Positions 16,954-27,780 are shown, counted from the stretch's first letter. The stretch: 64,000 nt of DNA from Acidobacteriota bacterium (GCA_018268785.1 JAFDVY010000004.1:24735-88734), one strand, 5' to 3'. Notes: generated by a model from the sequence alone, not told the origin. A program made the numbers and translations.

Positions 16954-18450
16954 ATGGCACAAAAACTACCATCGCTGGTGATTGTGGGGCGGCCCAATGT
17001 GGGCAAGTCCACGCTATTCAACCGGCTGACGGGAACGCGGCGCTCGATTGTGACGAACGAGCCGGGGATTACGCGGGACCGGATTTACGGCCGGGCGGAA
17101 TGGCGCGGACGCGCGATTGAAATTGTGGATACGGGCGGAATTATTCCGGACGACAAAGCGCTGATCCCGACAGAGATTTTTCGTCAGGCACACGTGGCGA
17201 TTGAAAAGGCGGCGCTGCTGGTGCTGGTGGTGGATTCGCAGGCGGGAATTACTCCGCTGGACCAGGAATTGGCGCGGCTGCTGCGGAATACGGGCAAGCC
17301 GTTTGTGATTGCGGTGAATAAGGTGGATGTGCCGTCGCAGGAAGCGCTGGCGGGAGAATTTCATTCGTTTGGCGTGCCGGTGTTTCCGATTGCGGCGGAG
17401 CACGGCGCGGGAATCGACGATTTGCTGGATGCGGCGCTGGACCAGATGAAATCCGGCGATGCGAATGAAGAGCTGCCAGCCGGTCCGGAAACGACGGAGA
17501 TTGCGATTATTGGGCGGCCAAATGTGGGGAAATCGACTCTGCTGAACCGGATGGCGGGAGAAGAGCGGTCGATTGTTTCGCCGATTCCCGGAACGACGAT
17601 GGATTCGGTGGATACGGATGTGAAGCATGAAGGGCGGCACTACCGGTTTGTGGATACGGCGGGAATCCGGCGCAAGGGAAAGACGAAGCTGGTTGCGGAA
17701 AAATTGAGCGTGGTGATGGCGCGGAGGGGCCTGGAACGCGCGGACGTGGCGCTGCTGGTGGTGGATGGCGAACAGGGCGTGACGCAGGGCGACGCGACGA
17801 TTGCGATGTATGCGGAGCAATCGGGACGCAGCGTGATTATCGTGGTGAACAAATGGGATTTGGCGATTGAAGCGGCGCAGAAGGCGGCGGACCGGGATGC
17901 GTCTTCGGCGAGGGGTAAGGCGAAGCGGGCGGCGAATCAGAATGCCGCGATGGAAACTGTGGATCGCGGGAAATTACTGGCGGACTATGAAGAGCTGATT
18001 CGCAAGAAGCTGAAGTTTTTGAGTTATGCGCCGATTGTTTTCCTTTCCGCGAAGACGGGCGACCGCGCGCAGAAGCTGTATCCGACGATTGACAAAGTGG
18101 CGGCAGCGCGGAAACGGAAACTTTCGACGCCGGAACTGAATCGCTGGATTAAGACGGTGGATTTGCAGCGGGGAACGACGCCCAAGGCGCGGCCGGTGAG
18201 GATCTACTATGTGACGCAGGCGAAGACTTCGCCGCCGACGTTTGTGATTTTTACGAATCAGAAGACGCCGTTGCATTTCAGCTTTCAGAGATTTCTGGAG
18301 AATCAACTGCGGGAAAAATTTGATTTTACCGGCGCGCCGATCCGGTTTGTGCAGCGGTTGCGGAAGGCGGACCGGGATACGCGTGCGCCTCGCGGAGAAA
18401 CGGCGCGATCCGAGAAGAACGTTGAGGTTGACGAAGAGTTCGATGAGTGA
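16954..18450 (+). CDS. der: Ribosome-associated GTPase Der (EngA)
   Basis: ORF 16858..18450 trimmed to ATG 16954. Two tandem G domains (GRPNVGKSTLFNRL...DTGG...NKVD and GRPNVGKSTLLNRM...DTAG...NKWD) and a KH-like C-terminus with a charged tail. Confidence 0.9.
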   Translation: MAQKLPSLVIVGRPNVGKSTLFNRLTGTRRSIVTNEPGITRDRIYGRAEWRGRAIEIVDTGGIIPDDKALIPTEIFRQAHVAIEKAALLVLVVDSQAGITPLDQELARLLRNTGKPFVIAVNKVDVPSQEALAGEFHSFGVPVFPIAAEHGAGIDDLLDAALDQMKSGDANEELPAGPETTEIAIIGRPNVGKSTLLNRMAGEERSIVSPIPGTTMDSVDTDVKHEGRHYRFVDTAGIRRKGKTKLVAEKLSVVMARRGLERADVALLVVDGEQGVTQGDATIAMYAEQSGRSVIIVVNKWDLAIEAAQKAADRDASSARGKAKRAANQNAAMETVDRGKLLADYEELIRKKLKFLSYAPIVFLSAKTGDRAQKLYPTIDKVAAARKRKLSTPELNRWIKTVDLQRGTTPKARPVRIYYVTQAKTSPPTFVIFTNQKTPLHFSFQRFLENQLREKFDFTGAPIRFVQRLRKADRDTRAPRGETARSEKNVEVDEEFDE

Positions 18451-18542
18451 TGGCCGCCTGAGTTAGGGCCGCTTCAGAAAGCGGCCCCTACAAGAGAGCG
18501 GAGCAAGCTGTTAGAATCTGGCGGTCCCCAGCCAGGAATTTT

Positions 18543-18926
18543 ATGGCCAGCAACGGCACAGCGACACAAGCGGAAAAAGAGTTTTACCGAATCGGCGACG
18601 TGAGCAAGATCGCGGCGCTGAAGCCGTTTGTGCTGCGGTATTGGGAGACGGAATTTCCGATGCTGCAGCCGGTGAAGAGCGCGAGCGGGCACCGGATGTA
18701 CCGGCAAGAAGACGTGGACCTGGTGCTGAAGATCAAGCGGCTGCTCTATGACGAGGGATTTACGATTGCGGGAGCGCGGCGGCATTTGCGGGAAGGCGCA
18801 GGGGAAGCCGAAGCGAGCGTGAACCTCGGCCCCGGGCATGGCGCGACGCAATTGCTGAACCGGAAAATGCTTCTGGATTTGCGGGATTCTTTGCGCGCTT
18901 TCTTGACCCTTCTTGAACGCAAGTGA
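18543..18926 (+). CDS. MerR family transcriptional regulator
   Basis: The helix-turn-helix YRIGDVSKIAALKPFVLRYWETEF...GHRMYRQEDVDLVLKIKRLL is typical of MerR N-terminal domains. Confidence 0.85.
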   Translation: MASNGTATQAEKEFYRIGDVSKIAALKPFVLRYWETEFPMLQPVKSASGHRMYRQEDVDLVLKIKRLLYDEGFTIAGARRHLREGAGEAEASVNLGPGHGATQLLNRKMLLDLRDSLRAFLTLLERK

Positions 18927-18989
18927 TAGCCTTGAATGAGTCGCGACGCACTCTTTTTTCCCTTTTACCGCGCGGCTTCTTACAACAGT

Positions 18990-19066
18990 CGGGGCGTAGC
19001 GCAGCCTGGTAGCGCGCACGCTTGGGGTGCGTGAGGTCCCCGGTTCAAATCCGGGCGCCCCGACCA
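18990..19066 (+). tRNA. tRNA-Pro (anticodon GGG), CCA encoded
   Basis: Folds by hand into a cloverleaf: acceptor CGGGGCG/CGCCCCG, D arm GCGC-AGCCTGGTA-GCGC, anticodon arm CACGC-TTGGGGT-GCGTG, T arm CCCGG-TTCAAAT-CCGGG. Length 77 nt. Confidence 0.9.
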
Positions 19067-19082
19067 GTTTCTCTCCGTATTC

Positions 19083-19343
19083 ATGGACAACACCAAACAA
19101 GAATGGCCAAAACAAAACGGGCGCGTAGAATTCCACCTAACTGGCGGATTCACGAAAATCAGCATTTGGGTTGGCGGGTTGCATCAGTTTGATTTGCCGA
19201 CCCGCGAAATTCCCGCGGATTTGCGCGTGATAGGTACGTGGCTGTCTCTGCGAATGGACAAGGAGAAGTGGTGGGTGATCGAAGGTCGTGGCGAACCCGA
19301 TCCGTATATAGAACGCTGGATGCATGGGGAAAAGGATCTTTAG
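19083..19343 (+). CDS. Hypothetical small protein (86 aa)
   Basis: Balanced amino-acid composition. The stop lies 5 nt before the surE ATG. No family recognised. Confidence 0.4.
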   Translation: MDNTKQEWPKQNGRVEFHLTGGFTKISIWVGGLHQFDLPTREIPADLRVIGTWLSLRMDKEKWWVIEGRGEPDPYIERWMHGEKDL

Positions 19344-19347
19344 TCGA

Positions 19348-20112
19348 ATGCCACATATATTGCTAACGAATGACGATGGGTACGACGCGGCGGGATTGAA
19401 GGCGCTGGCGGCGGCGCTGGAAGATATTGCGACGGTCAGTATTGTTGCGCCATACAGCGAGAAGAGCGGGGCGGCGCAATCGTTGACGCTGCGGCGGCCG
19501 ATTGTGGTGCATGCGAAACAGGAGAGGCACTGGGCGGTGGAAGGTACTCCTGCGGATGCGGTGATCGTGGCGCTGCATCGATTGTTGCCGGAGAAGCCAG
19601 ATTTGGTGATTTCCGGAATCAATCACGGCGCGAACATGGGCGAGAACGTGTATTACTCCGGGACGGTGGGGGCGGCGCGGGAGGCGGCGCTGCATCATAT
19701 TCCTGCGGTGGCGATGTCGCTTTGCGCGAGGAAAGAGAATTTGAAATTTGCGCATGCGGCGCAAATTGCGCGGCGGGCGGCGGAGATTATTTTGAAAGAG
19801 GGATTGCCGGATCAGGTGCTGCTGAATATCAATGTGCCGGAGCCGTGGAAGGGCGGAGTGCGGTTTGCGCGCCAATCGCAGAAGATTACGCGGAATCAAT
19901 TAACCGAGGGGAAAGACCCGAAAGGCCGCGCCTATTACTGGATTTATGAGCAGAAGATCGAGAAAGACGTGGAACCGGACACGGACTATCACGCGGTTTT
20001 CTCTGGCGATGCCAGCGTGACACCGCTGTATTTGGATCCGACGCACGACAAATCGTTGAACGGGCTTTCACACTGGGCGAAAACATTGGCTGGCGCGTTG
20101 CAAAAAACATGA
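19348..20112 (+). CDS. surE: 5'/3'-nucleotidase SurE
   Basis: ORF 19324..20112 trimmed to ATG 19348. MPHILLTNDDGYDAAGLKAL is the canonical SurE N-terminus. Confidence 0.9.
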   Translation: MPHILLTNDDGYDAAGLKALAAALEDIATVSIVAPYSEKSGAAQSLTLRRPIVVHAKQERHWAVEGTPADAVIVALHRLLPEKPDLVISGINHGANMGENVYYSGTVGAAREAALHHIPAVAMSLCARKENLKFAHAAQIARRAAEIILKEGLPDQVLLNINVPEPWKGGVRFARQSQKITRNQLTEGKDPKGRAYYWIYEQKIEKDVEPDTDYHAVFSGDASVTPLYLDPTHDKSLNGLSHWAKTLAGALQKT

Positions 20113-21257
20113 ACAAGACGTATGACGTCGCGGTGATTGGAGCGGGTGTGTTTGGCGCGTGGACGGCGCTACAACTGGCGCGACGCGGGAAGAGTGTCGT
20201 GTTGCTTGAGGCGTATGGGCCCGGTCATTCGCGGTCGAGCTCGGGCGATGAATCGCGAATCATTCGGATGGGGTATGGGAAGGATGAGATTTATACGCGA
20301 TGGTCGCAGCGGTCGCTTACTCAATGGAAGGAACTTTTCGCAGCGAGCGGGTTGCCGTTGTTTCATGAGACTGGCGTGCTGTGGCTTTCTGGGAAAGACG
20401 AAACGCGATTGAATGAGACGCGGGAGACGCTGAAGCGGTGTGGCGTGGCGTTTGAAAATTTCGATTTGGCGGCGCTGCAGCAGAGATTTCCGCAGATTGG
20501 GCTGGAGGGAGTTCGCGCGGGGATTTTAGAGCGGACGAGTGGCGTGCTTATGGCTCGGCGGGCAGTGGCGGCGACGGTGACAGAAGCGGTGCGATTGGGT
20601 GTGACCTATAAGCATGCGCTCGCGGAAGCTCCCCGAAGAAAAGGCGCGGCGTGTTCCGTGAAGCTGCAGGGCGGCGAAGAAATTCCGGCCGGGCAGTTTG
20701 TCTTTGCTTGTGGCGCGTGGCTGGCGAAGATTTTTCCGGAAGTCGCAGGGCCGAGATTGTTTGTGACACGGCAGGAAGTTTTCTATTTTGGATTGCCGGC
20801 CGGGGATTCGCGGTTTGCAGCGCCGCAGTTGCCGACTTTCCTTTTTCAGGGCGATGAAAGTTATGGCATGCCGGACATTGAGAGCCGTGGATTGAAGATC
20901 GCGCTGGACGCGCATGGAATTGCAGTCGATCCGGATGCGCAATCGCGCGTAGTTTCGGAAGAGTCAGCGCAGAAAATGCGGGAGTACGTGGGGAAGCGAT
21001 TCCCTGCTTTGAAGGGCGCGCCGATAGCGGAAACGCGGGTTTGCCAGTATGAAAATACTTCGAATGGGGATTTTCTGATTGACCGGCACCCGGAAATGGA
21101 AACTGTGTGGCTGGCGGGCGGCGGGTCGGGGCACGGATTCAAGCATGGGCCGGCGTTTGGGGAATATGTGACGCGCCAGATTCTTGGAGAGGGCGCGGCA
21201 GAGCCGCGTTTCTCCCTTGCGACGAAAGAAACTGTGCAGCATCGGGCAGTTTATTAA
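20109..21257 (+). CDS. FAD-dependent oxidoreductase (DAO family, sarcosine / N-methyltryptophan oxidase-like)
   Basis: Rossmann motif YDVAVIGAGVFGAWTALQLARRG...LLE. ATGA overlap with the surE stop. Confidence 0.85.
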   Translation: MNKTYDVAVIGAGVFGAWTALQLARRGKSVVLLEAYGPGHSRSSSGDESRIIRMGYGKDEIYTRWSQRSLTQWKELFAASGLPLFHETGVLWLSGKDETRLNETRETLKRCGVAFENFDLAALQQRFPQIGLEGVRAGILERTSGVLMARRAVAATVTEAVRLGVTYKHALAEAPRRKGAACSVKLQGGEEIPAGQFVFACGAWLAKIFPEVAGPRLFVTRQEVFYFGLPAGDSRFAAPQLPTFLFQGDESYGMPDIESRGLKIALDAHGIAVDPDAQSRVVSEESAQKMREYVGKRFPALKGAPIAETRVCQYENTSNGDFLIDRHPEMETVWLAGGGSGHGFKHGPAFGEYVTRQILGEGAAEPRFSLATKETVQHRAVY

Positions 21258-21265
21258 ATCGTTCG

Positions 21266-21679
21266 TCAGATTCCGATACGGCGGTCCGAAACGGCAATCG
21301 GTGCGTCGTTGATGCTGGCAATGCGGCGACGCATGAGGCCTTCGGAGTCGAACTCCCAGAGTTCGACTCCATAAGAACGGAACCATTGGCCGGAGTCGTC
21401 GTGCCACTCGTATTCGAAATGGACGGCGATGCGATTCTCGCGAAAGCCCCACAGATATTTCTTCAGGCGGTAATCGAGCTCCTTGTTCCATTTGCGGCGC
21501 AGGAAGGCTTTGATCTCCTCGCGGCCGTTGAGAAACTCGTTGCGATTGCGCCAGACGGAATCAACCGTGTACGCGGCCGCAACTTTTTCCGGATCGCGTG
21601 TGTTCCAAAGGGTTTCAGCGTTCTGGACTTTCAGGAGCGCCGTTTCTTCCGTGAAGGGAGGAGCGATTCTTGTAGTCAT
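21266..21679 (-). CDS. NTF2/SnoaL-like protein (DUF1348-like)
   Basis: ORF 21266..21730 trimmed to ATG 21679. The pattern [32 protein letters not shown]...[21 protein letters not shown]. The family name is from memory. Confidence 0.7.
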   Translation of the reverse strand: MTTRIAPPFTEETALLKVQNAETLWNTRDPEKVAAAYTVDSVWRNRNEFLNGREEIKAFLRRKWNKELDYRLKKYLWGFRENRIAVHFEYEWHDDSGQWFRSYGVELWEFDSEGLMRRRIASINDAPIAVSDRRIGI

Positions 21680-21726
21680 GATAGTTCCCTCGATAGCGAA
21701 CATACTCTCGTCGAGAGTATAGACAC

Positions 21727-22272
21727 TCAAGCGCTCGCGCGGAGTGCAACCTTAGGAAAGTCTATTTCCACCTGGGCGGCCTTGTTGAAATAATTGGTGA
21801 AAATGTTGAGAGCGACGTCGGCGATGATTTCTGCGATTTCGGAGTCGTTCCACCCAGATGCGCGGACGGCGGCGAAATCGGCGTCGGTTGGCTCGCCCTT
21901 TTTGGCGACAAGCTCGTGAGCGAAATGGAGGGCGGCTTCATTCCTGGCTGATTCAGAGCGGCCGCTGCGCGCTGCATTGGATTCGGAATCGGAAAGGCCG
22001 GCCATTTTGCCGATGGCGGTATGGGCCGAGAGGCAATACTGGCAGGAATTCTGTTCAGCCACAGCGATGGCAATCTGTTCGCGCAATTTGGGATTCAAAA
22101 CTCCGGCCGCCAGGGCGCCGTTGAAAGCGAGGTAGGCTTGCAGGACGGCCGGGGAATTGGCCATGACGCGAGTCATGTTCGGCGTGATTTTGAGTTTGGC
22201 CTGGACAGCATCGAGAAGCTCTTTGGCCTTGCCTGTAGCGGATTCGGTCTGGATTGCGGGAAGTCTGGACAT
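21727..22272 (-). CDS. Carboxymuconolactone decarboxylase (AhpD-like) family protein
   Basis: ORF 21727..22575 trimmed to ATG 22272 (AAGGAAA RBS). CxxC-type motif in [13 protein letters not shown], and two CMD-like halves. Confidence 0.8.
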   Translation of the reverse strand: MSRLPAIQTESATGKAKELLDAVQAKLKITPNMTRVMANSPAVLQAYLAFNGALAAGVLNPKLREQIAIAVAEQNSCQYCLSAHTAIGKMAGLSDSESNAARSGRSESARNEAALHFAHELVAKKGEPTDADFAAVRASGWNDSEIAEIIADVALNIFTNYFNKAAQVEIDFPKVALRASA

Positions 22273-22420
22273 GATGGTTTCCTTTTCTGTTGAGTTTGCT
22301 TGCATGGAATGAGATGTGGGGAGCGCGGCGGAGTTGCAGCGAGACTGTGTAAGGTGGGTTACAGTTGCGGCAGGATGACTTTTGGCGAGGTATCGTTCGA
22401 TTGCGAAAGAGAATCCAACG

Positions 22421-23107
22421 ATGGTGAAAAAAGGAAACAAGGGAGGAAGCGATCGCGCGGCGACCGGATTGCCGGCAGAACTGGAACTTTTCCGGGAGTT
22501 GCCCTCTGATGCGCTGGCACAAATTTCGCAGGAAGCAAAGGTAGAAAGTTTTGGGGCAGGGCATGTTTTCTTCAAGACAGGCGAGCCGGGAAAGGCGCTC
22601 TACATTTTGGAGAAAGGACATGTTCGGACGTACCGGACTTTTGGCGACCGAAAACTAATCATCGCTGAATTGGGAGCCCCGGCAATTTTCGGGGAGATGG
22701 GTTGCGTCGGACAGCGGATCTATCACTGCATCGCAGAGGGAACGAAGCCGACGCAAGTGAGAGCGGTTTCCAGGGAACAAGTGGAAAGGCTATTGGAGAA
22801 GTATCCGAGTGTGGCGCAAAGCCTGCTGGACATGGTAAGCCGCCGCTACGTGAATACACTGGTGGAGCTGGAGGCTACCTCGTTCCGCCACTTAATTCCG
22901 CGGCTGGCGAAATTGTTGCTGGCAAGAGCAGAGGACGATTGCGTGGACGATTTAACGCACGCGGAAATTGCCGAGCGGCTGCGCGTTTACCGGGAGTCAG
23001 CAACTTCGGCTTTGGGGGAATTGCGCAAGGCTGGAATCGTTGCCGTCGAGCGAAAGAGAATCAGGATTTTGGACCGGGAGCGGTTGGAGCGCGCGGCCCG
23101 AGAGTAG
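22421..23107 (+). CDS. Crp/Fnr family transcriptional regulator
   Basis: cNMP-binding-like barrel (GHVFFKTGEPGKALYILEKGHVRTYR...FGEMG) and a C-terminal HTH (HAEIAERLRVYRESATSALGELRKAGIV). ATG 22421 chosen as the start. Confidence 0.85.
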   Translation: MVKKGNKGGSDRAATGLPAELELFRELPSDALAQISQEAKVESFGAGHVFFKTGEPGKALYILEKGHVRTYRTFGDRKLIIAELGAPAIFGEMGCVGQRIYHCIAEGTKPTQVRAVSREQVERLLEKYPSVAQSLLDMVSRRYVNTLVELEATSFRHLIPRLAKLLLARAEDDCVDDLTHAEIAERLRVYRESATSALGELRKAGIVAVERKRIRILDRERLERAARE

Positions 23108-23304
23108 CCGGCAAGTATTTTTGCGGAATTGCTGGGTACCCGATCGGTCCTCAATTCGTGTGAAATCGAAGATGCCGGGCTAAAGCCGCGGCTCTACAAA
23201 AGCCACTTCGGAAGCGAAACTTATGACGCAGCGGTACGTCTGTAGTAAGTGTGGGTCAGGCGGGGTGTGCTCAGATCTTTCTCACCGGAAATGCTGGAGG
23301 ACAT

Positions 23305-24738
23305 ATGAGTCTTACGGGGAAATGGGCGGCGCGGAGCGCGGTTGCGCTGGGAATGGCGGCGGCGTTTGCGGCAAGCGGTACGGCCCAGAGAATGAAGACT
23401 GTCGCCAAAGCCGGCGGCGGAATGAGTGCGGCGGAGTTTCAGGTGCCGGTGGAGTATTACAAGCTGCCGAATGGGTTGCGGGTAGCGTTGTCGCAGGATC
23501 ACACAGCGCCGACAGTTTGCGTGGCCGTCTATTACCGGATCGGATTCCGGATTGAGCCGAAGGATCGCACGGGGTTCGCGCACCTGTTCGAACACATGAT
23601 GTTCCAGGGCTCGCAGAATTTGGGAAAGATGGAGTTCATCAAACTTGTGCAGCAGAACGGCGGGACGCTGAATGGATCGACGCGATTCGACTTCACGAAT
23701 TATTTTGAGATTTTGCCGTCGAACAAACTGGAGACGGCGCTGTGGGCGGAAGCGGACCGGATGAGCGGGCTGGCGGTGACCGAAGAAAACTTGAAGAACC
23801 AGCAGGGGGTGGTCAGCAACGAAGTGAAAGTGAATGTGATCAACCGCCCGTATGGCGGATTTCCCTGGCTGCAGATGCCGCAGTATGCCAATTCGAACTG
23901 GTTCAACGCGCACAACTTTTACGGCGATTTGAAGGACCTGGACGCGGCAACGATGCCGGACGTGCAAAGCTTCTTCAAGACGTTCTACGCGCCAAATAAT
24001 GCCGCGCTGGCGATCGTGGGCGATTTCGAGACTGCACAGGCGAAAGCATGGGTTGAGAAATATTTTGGAAAGATCGCGGCATCAAAACTGCCGCCTCCGC
24101 CGGACATTTCAGAGCCGAAACAGGAAAAAGAAAAGCGCGTGACGGAAACGGACGCGCTGGCGAAGCGGCCGGCGATTGCGATTGCGTATCACATGCCCGA
24201 GCGGAACACCCCGGAGTACTACGCCATGGGATTGATCGACCAGATTCTGGTAGAAGGGGACGACAGTCTGCTTTATCAGGAGCTGGTGCAGAAGCGCGGA
24301 GTGACTGCCGGCGTGAACGGCGGGATCAACTACCTGGGAAACATGTTCAATTACAAAGGGCCGATGCTGTGGATGATGGATTTGAGGTATGACAACGCGA
24401 CGAATCCGGACACGATCGTGCAGTCGGTAGACACTGTAATGGAATCGCTGCGGACGAAGCCGGTGGACAAGGCGACGCTGGACCGCGCCCTGGTGAAACT
24501 GCGTTCGGGCTTGTATGACAGCATCGGAACGTTTTCGGGATTTGGGCTCGCAGACCTGTTGGCGAGCTTTTCTCTCTTCGACGACGATCCAGCCCGAGTA
24601 AATTCACTAGTAGGCCAATTCGAAAAGGTGACGCCGGAACTGATTCAAAAAACGGCACGGGAATATCTGCGGCCGGAAAACCGAACCATTCTGATTCGTG
24701 AACCGAAACCGGCGGACGCTACCCCGGCCAAACAGTAA
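23305..24738 (+). CDS. M16 family zinc peptidase (catalytic subunit type)
   Basis: ORF trimmed to ATG 23305 (GGAGG 4 nt upstream). Signal peptide present. Inverted zinc motif HxxEH in FAHLFEHMMFQGS. Confidence 0.9.
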   Translation: MSLTGKWAARSAVALGMAAAFAASGTAQRMKTVAKAGGGMSAAEFQVPVEYYKLPNGLRVALSQDHTAPTVCVAVYYRIGFRIEPKDRTGFAHLFEHMMFQGSQNLGKMEFIKLVQQNGGTLNGSTRFDFTNYFEILPSNKLETALWAEADRMSGLAVTEENLKNQQGVVSNEVKVNVINRPYGGFPWLQMPQYANSNWFNAHNFYGDLKDLDAATMPDVQSFFKTFYAPNNAALAIVGDFETAQAKAWVEKYFGKIAASKLPPPPDISEPKQEKEKRVTETDALAKRPAIAIAYHMPERNTPEYYAMGLIDQILVEGDDSLLYQELVQKRGVTAGVNGGINYLGNMFNYKGPMLWMMDLRYDNATNPDTIVQSVDTVMESLRTKPVDKATLDRALVKLRSGLYDSIGTFSGFGLADLLASFSLFDDDPARVNSLVGQFEKVTPELIQKTAREYLRPENRTILIREPKPADATPAKQ

Positions 24739-24749
24739 AGGAGACGAAA

Positions 24750-26153
24750 ATGAAAAGGACAATAAGCACAAAAACTTTACTGGTTGCTGGAATGATTCTG
24801 ATGACGGCGTTTTCGGCGGGCGCGCAGAAGCAGGCGCCGCCGCAGGGCACGGCGCCGAAACCCTTCACCGTGCCGGCACACGAAACCTATGCGCTGGCGA
24901 ACGGAATGAAAGTGACGCTTGTGCCTTATGGAAAGCTTCCAAAGGTAACCGTGAGCGCCGTGGTGAACGCCGGGAACGTCAACGAACCGGCGGAACTGAC
25001 GGGACTGGCAGATCTGATGGGCACGCTGATGAAGGAAGGGACGAAGACGCGCAGTTCGAAACAGGTTGCGGAAGAGTTCGCAGGCATGGGCGGGTCACTC
25101 GATGTAAACGTCGGCCCGGATGAGAGCGACGTTGCGACCGATGTGCTATCGGAATTCGCGCCGAGGGCAATTGCGCTGGTGGCGGACGTAACGCGGAACC
25201 CGCTTTTGCCAGAGAGCGAATTGCCGCGCATCAAGAATGACTTGATTCGTCAGGTTTCCATCCAGAAATCCGTTGCGCAGAGCATCGCACTGGAGCGCTT
25301 TCGAAAGTTGCTGTACGGGGAGCATCCGTATGGAACAGTGTTTGCTTCGGAGGAGAGCGTCAACAAGAGCACGCTCGCGGACGTAAGAAAATTCTACGAG
25401 GCGAATTTTGGCGCGCAGCGGACGCATTTGTATGTCGCAGGACGATTCGATGCGCAAGCCGTGAAGAAAGCGATTGCGGCGAGTTTTGGAAGTTGGGCGA
25501 AAGGGCCGGCAGCGGCGCCTGATGTTCCGCAGGTAAAACCAAACCACACTCTGGATTTGACCGACCGGCCCGGCGCCGCGCAGTCCACTTTGTATATGGG
25601 ATTGCCCGTGCCGAATGCGACGAGCGACGACAACATTCCCCTGACTGTGATGAACGCACTGCTTGGCGGGTCGTTCGGATCGCGCATCACTTCAAACATT
25701 CGCGAGCAGAAGGGCTACACCTACTCGCCGTCCAGCCAGATTTCCCGGCGATACCACGATGCGTATTGGGCGGAAGTTGCGGATGTGACTACGGCTCACA
25801 CGGGCGACTCGCTGAAAGAGATCTTCGCCGAAATCGAACGGCTGCAGAAGGAAGCGCCATCCGAAGCGGAGTTAAAAGGAATCGAGAACTTTTTGTCCGG
25901 GAATTTCATTTTGCAGAATTCCTCGCGACAAGCGCTGATCGGACAACTGCGCTTTGTGAATTTGCAGGGGCTGGGCGACGCGTGGCTTTCCACCTACGTG
26001 CAGAAGGTGAACGCCGTGACGCCAAAAGACGTGCAACGAGCAGCCGCGGAATACATCAAGCCGGAGCAGATGACGATTGTGGTGGTCGGCGATAAGGCGA
26101 AAGTCAGCGAACAGCTTGCGCCATACATGACAGGAAATTCGCAGACACACTAG
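24750..26153 (+). CDS. M16 family peptidase homolog lacking HxxEH (non-catalytic partner type)
   Basis: Signal peptide and M16 two-domain length. No HxxEH at the equivalent position. Lies 11 nt downstream of the catalytic paralog. Confidence 0.85.
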   Translation: MKRTISTKTLLVAGMILMTAFSAGAQKQAPPQGTAPKPFTVPAHETYALANGMKVTLVPYGKLPKVTVSAVVNAGNVNEPAELTGLADLMGTLMKEGTKTRSSKQVAEEFAGMGGSLDVNVGPDESDVATDVLSEFAPRAIALVADVTRNPLLPESELPRIKNDLIRQVSIQKSVAQSIALERFRKLLYGEHPYGTVFASEESVNKSTLADVRKFYEANFGAQRTHLYVAGRFDAQAVKKAIAASFGSWAKGPAAAPDVPQVKPNHTLDLTDRPGAAQSTLYMGLPVPNATSDDNIPLTVMNALLGGSFGSRITSNIREQKGYTYSPSSQISRRYHDAYWAEVADVTTAHTGDSLKEIFAEIERLQKEAPSEAELKGIENFLSGNFILQNSSRQALIGQLRFVNLQGLGDAWLSTYVQKVNAVTPKDVQRAAAEYIKPEQMTIVVVGDKAKVSEQLAPYMTGNSQTH

Positions 26154-26163
26154 AAACGAAAAA

Positions 26164-27528
26164 TCATGCTGGGCCGGAGCGAGTGGTGCGCCGGCGCTGC
26201 GGTTGTATGGGAGAGGCGAGGCGGCGGTTGCGCTTCGCCTTTTCCGCGTAGAGATGCTCATCCGCCTCGGAGATGAGCCGCTCAATGCGCTCGCCTTCCC
26301 CGCGATAAACGGAAATTCCAATGCTTGCGCTAAGCGTTGGCAATTCCCGATCCTGGGTCATGACCGTATGGATGCGTTGCGCCACGCGCTCGGCCTCCTC
26401 TTGCTCGGTATCGGGAAGAACAAGGGCAAACTCGTCGCCGCCGTAGCGGGCGGCGGTATCGATGGCGCGGCAATTGACGCGAAGAGTGTCCGCGACGCGG
26501 CAGATGGCACGGCTGCCGACGAGATGGCCGTGCGTGTCATTGATTTTCTTGAGGCCGTCCAAATCCAACAAGAGCAGCGCGAAAGGCCGGCCGCTGCGAT
26601 TGGTGCGTTCGGTCTCATTTTCGAGCACATCGAGGAAGCGGCGATAGTTAGCGAGCCCGGTGAGCGGGTCGCTGACGGCCAGGTGGCGGACCTGCTCGAA
26701 GAGGCGCGCATTATCGAGCAAAGCGCCGCCAAGAGCGACCGCATATCCGATAACGCTGAGGCTTTGTGCGAGGACGAACGGGGCGTCCATTAGTTTTGCC
26801 GACTGAGAAGCGGCTAACTGGGCTGCGAAATTGAGCCAACTCGCCGCGTAGACGGAGCGGTCAAAGGCAGAGGCGTTGTAGCTGAGCCGCCGGCGATACC
26901 AGATGAGCGCGACGAGAAAGATGATTGCCGGCAAGAGCTGCTGTGGGCTGGGGATAAAGGCGAACTGGTGCGGAGACATCTCCGTGGGCAATTTGCGCAC
27001 AGCCGCGGTGATGAGATAGGTAAAGAGGACTACGGTGAACAGAGCGCCAGCGATTTCGCCTTTGGGGTGGCGGGAACGAGGCAGAAATTTTTCTACGAGT
27101 AGCGCTACGACAAGCAGGAGCGCGAGAATCATCCGGCCCAGCCAAAGAGCGACGGGCGCCCAGTGGAGCTTGAGCACAGGTTCGCTGGAGGGCAGCTGGA
27201 AGAAGAAAAGGCTGGAAGCGACCAGCACGGAACCGGAGAGCAGGAAGCCGGAACCGAGGATGAGGGAAATGCGGTCTTGTGTCCCCTGGAAGCGAACCAA
27301 GGTGACGGCCGAGAATACGAAGGCAAGAAGCCCCGTGACAATCTGGAGATAGCCCTGAAGGGTGGCATCGGCTTCGAGCGGGATAGGGCGAATCCATAGT
27401 GCCAGCAGGAGAATGGAAAGGAACGCCACCATGTGCCAGAAGGCAGGGGTAGGGTTGTAGCGACCGGGTTTGAGAGAGTCTTCGCCCATAGTTTTAGTAC
27501 AGTCCTGGCCGGGGGCGGGCTCTTCCAC
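26164..27528 (-). CDS. Membrane-anchored diguanylate cyclase (GGDEF)
   Basis: Multi-TM N-terminal half. C-terminal DPLTGLANYRRF...RYGGDEFALVLPD. The start is either GTG 27528 or ATG 27489. Confidence 0.85.
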   Translation of the reverse strand: MEEPAPGQDCTKTMGEDSLKPGRYNPTPAFWHMVAFLSILLLALWIRPIPLEADATLQGYLQIVTGLLAFVFSAVTLVRFQGTQDRISLILGSGFLLSGSVLVASSLFFFQLPSSEPVLKLHWAPVALWLGRMILALLLVVALLVEKFLPRSRHPKGEIAGALFTVVLFTYLITAAVRKLPTEMSPHQFAFIPSPQQLLPAIIFLVALIWYRRRLSYNASAFDRSVYAASWLNFAAQLAASQSAKLMDAPFVLAQSLSVIGYAVALGGALLDNARLFEQVRHLAVSDPLTGLANYRRFLDVLENETERTNRSGRPFALLLLDLDGLKKINDTHGHLVGSRAICRVADTLRVNCRAIDTAARYGGDEFALVLPDTEQEEAERVAQRIHTVMTQDRELPTLSASIGISVYRGEGERIERLISEADEHLYAEKAKRNRRLASPIQPQRRRTTRSGPA

Positions 27529-27780
27529 TTAATTAGACCCTTAAACCGGTCGCAGAGTTACCTGCCTTTGTTGCGAATTGTGAGAGAAACGATACCGTCC
27601 TGATAGAATCCTGGCTGCTGTACGGAAGTACAGGTGTGGAAAACGGCGTGGAAAAGCAGGAGCGAAAGAAGGAAAGATTGCGCTTGCGCCCTTGCGGCGG
27701 ATTCCTGCACAATCGGGCCTCTTAAAACGATTCAATAGAATGTATTTCTGGCCGCTAAATGAAGCAGTGAGGAGACTGGC

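Noticed and set aside
18990-19343. tRNA-Pro(GGG) followed by an orphan 86-aa ORF, and a second tRNA-Pro(CGG) at 63720..63797, considered as genomic-island boundaries.
   Set aside because: There is no integrase, no visible direct repeat of a tRNA 3' end, and no compositional break. The genes between the two tRNAs are ordinary metabolic and housekeeping genes.
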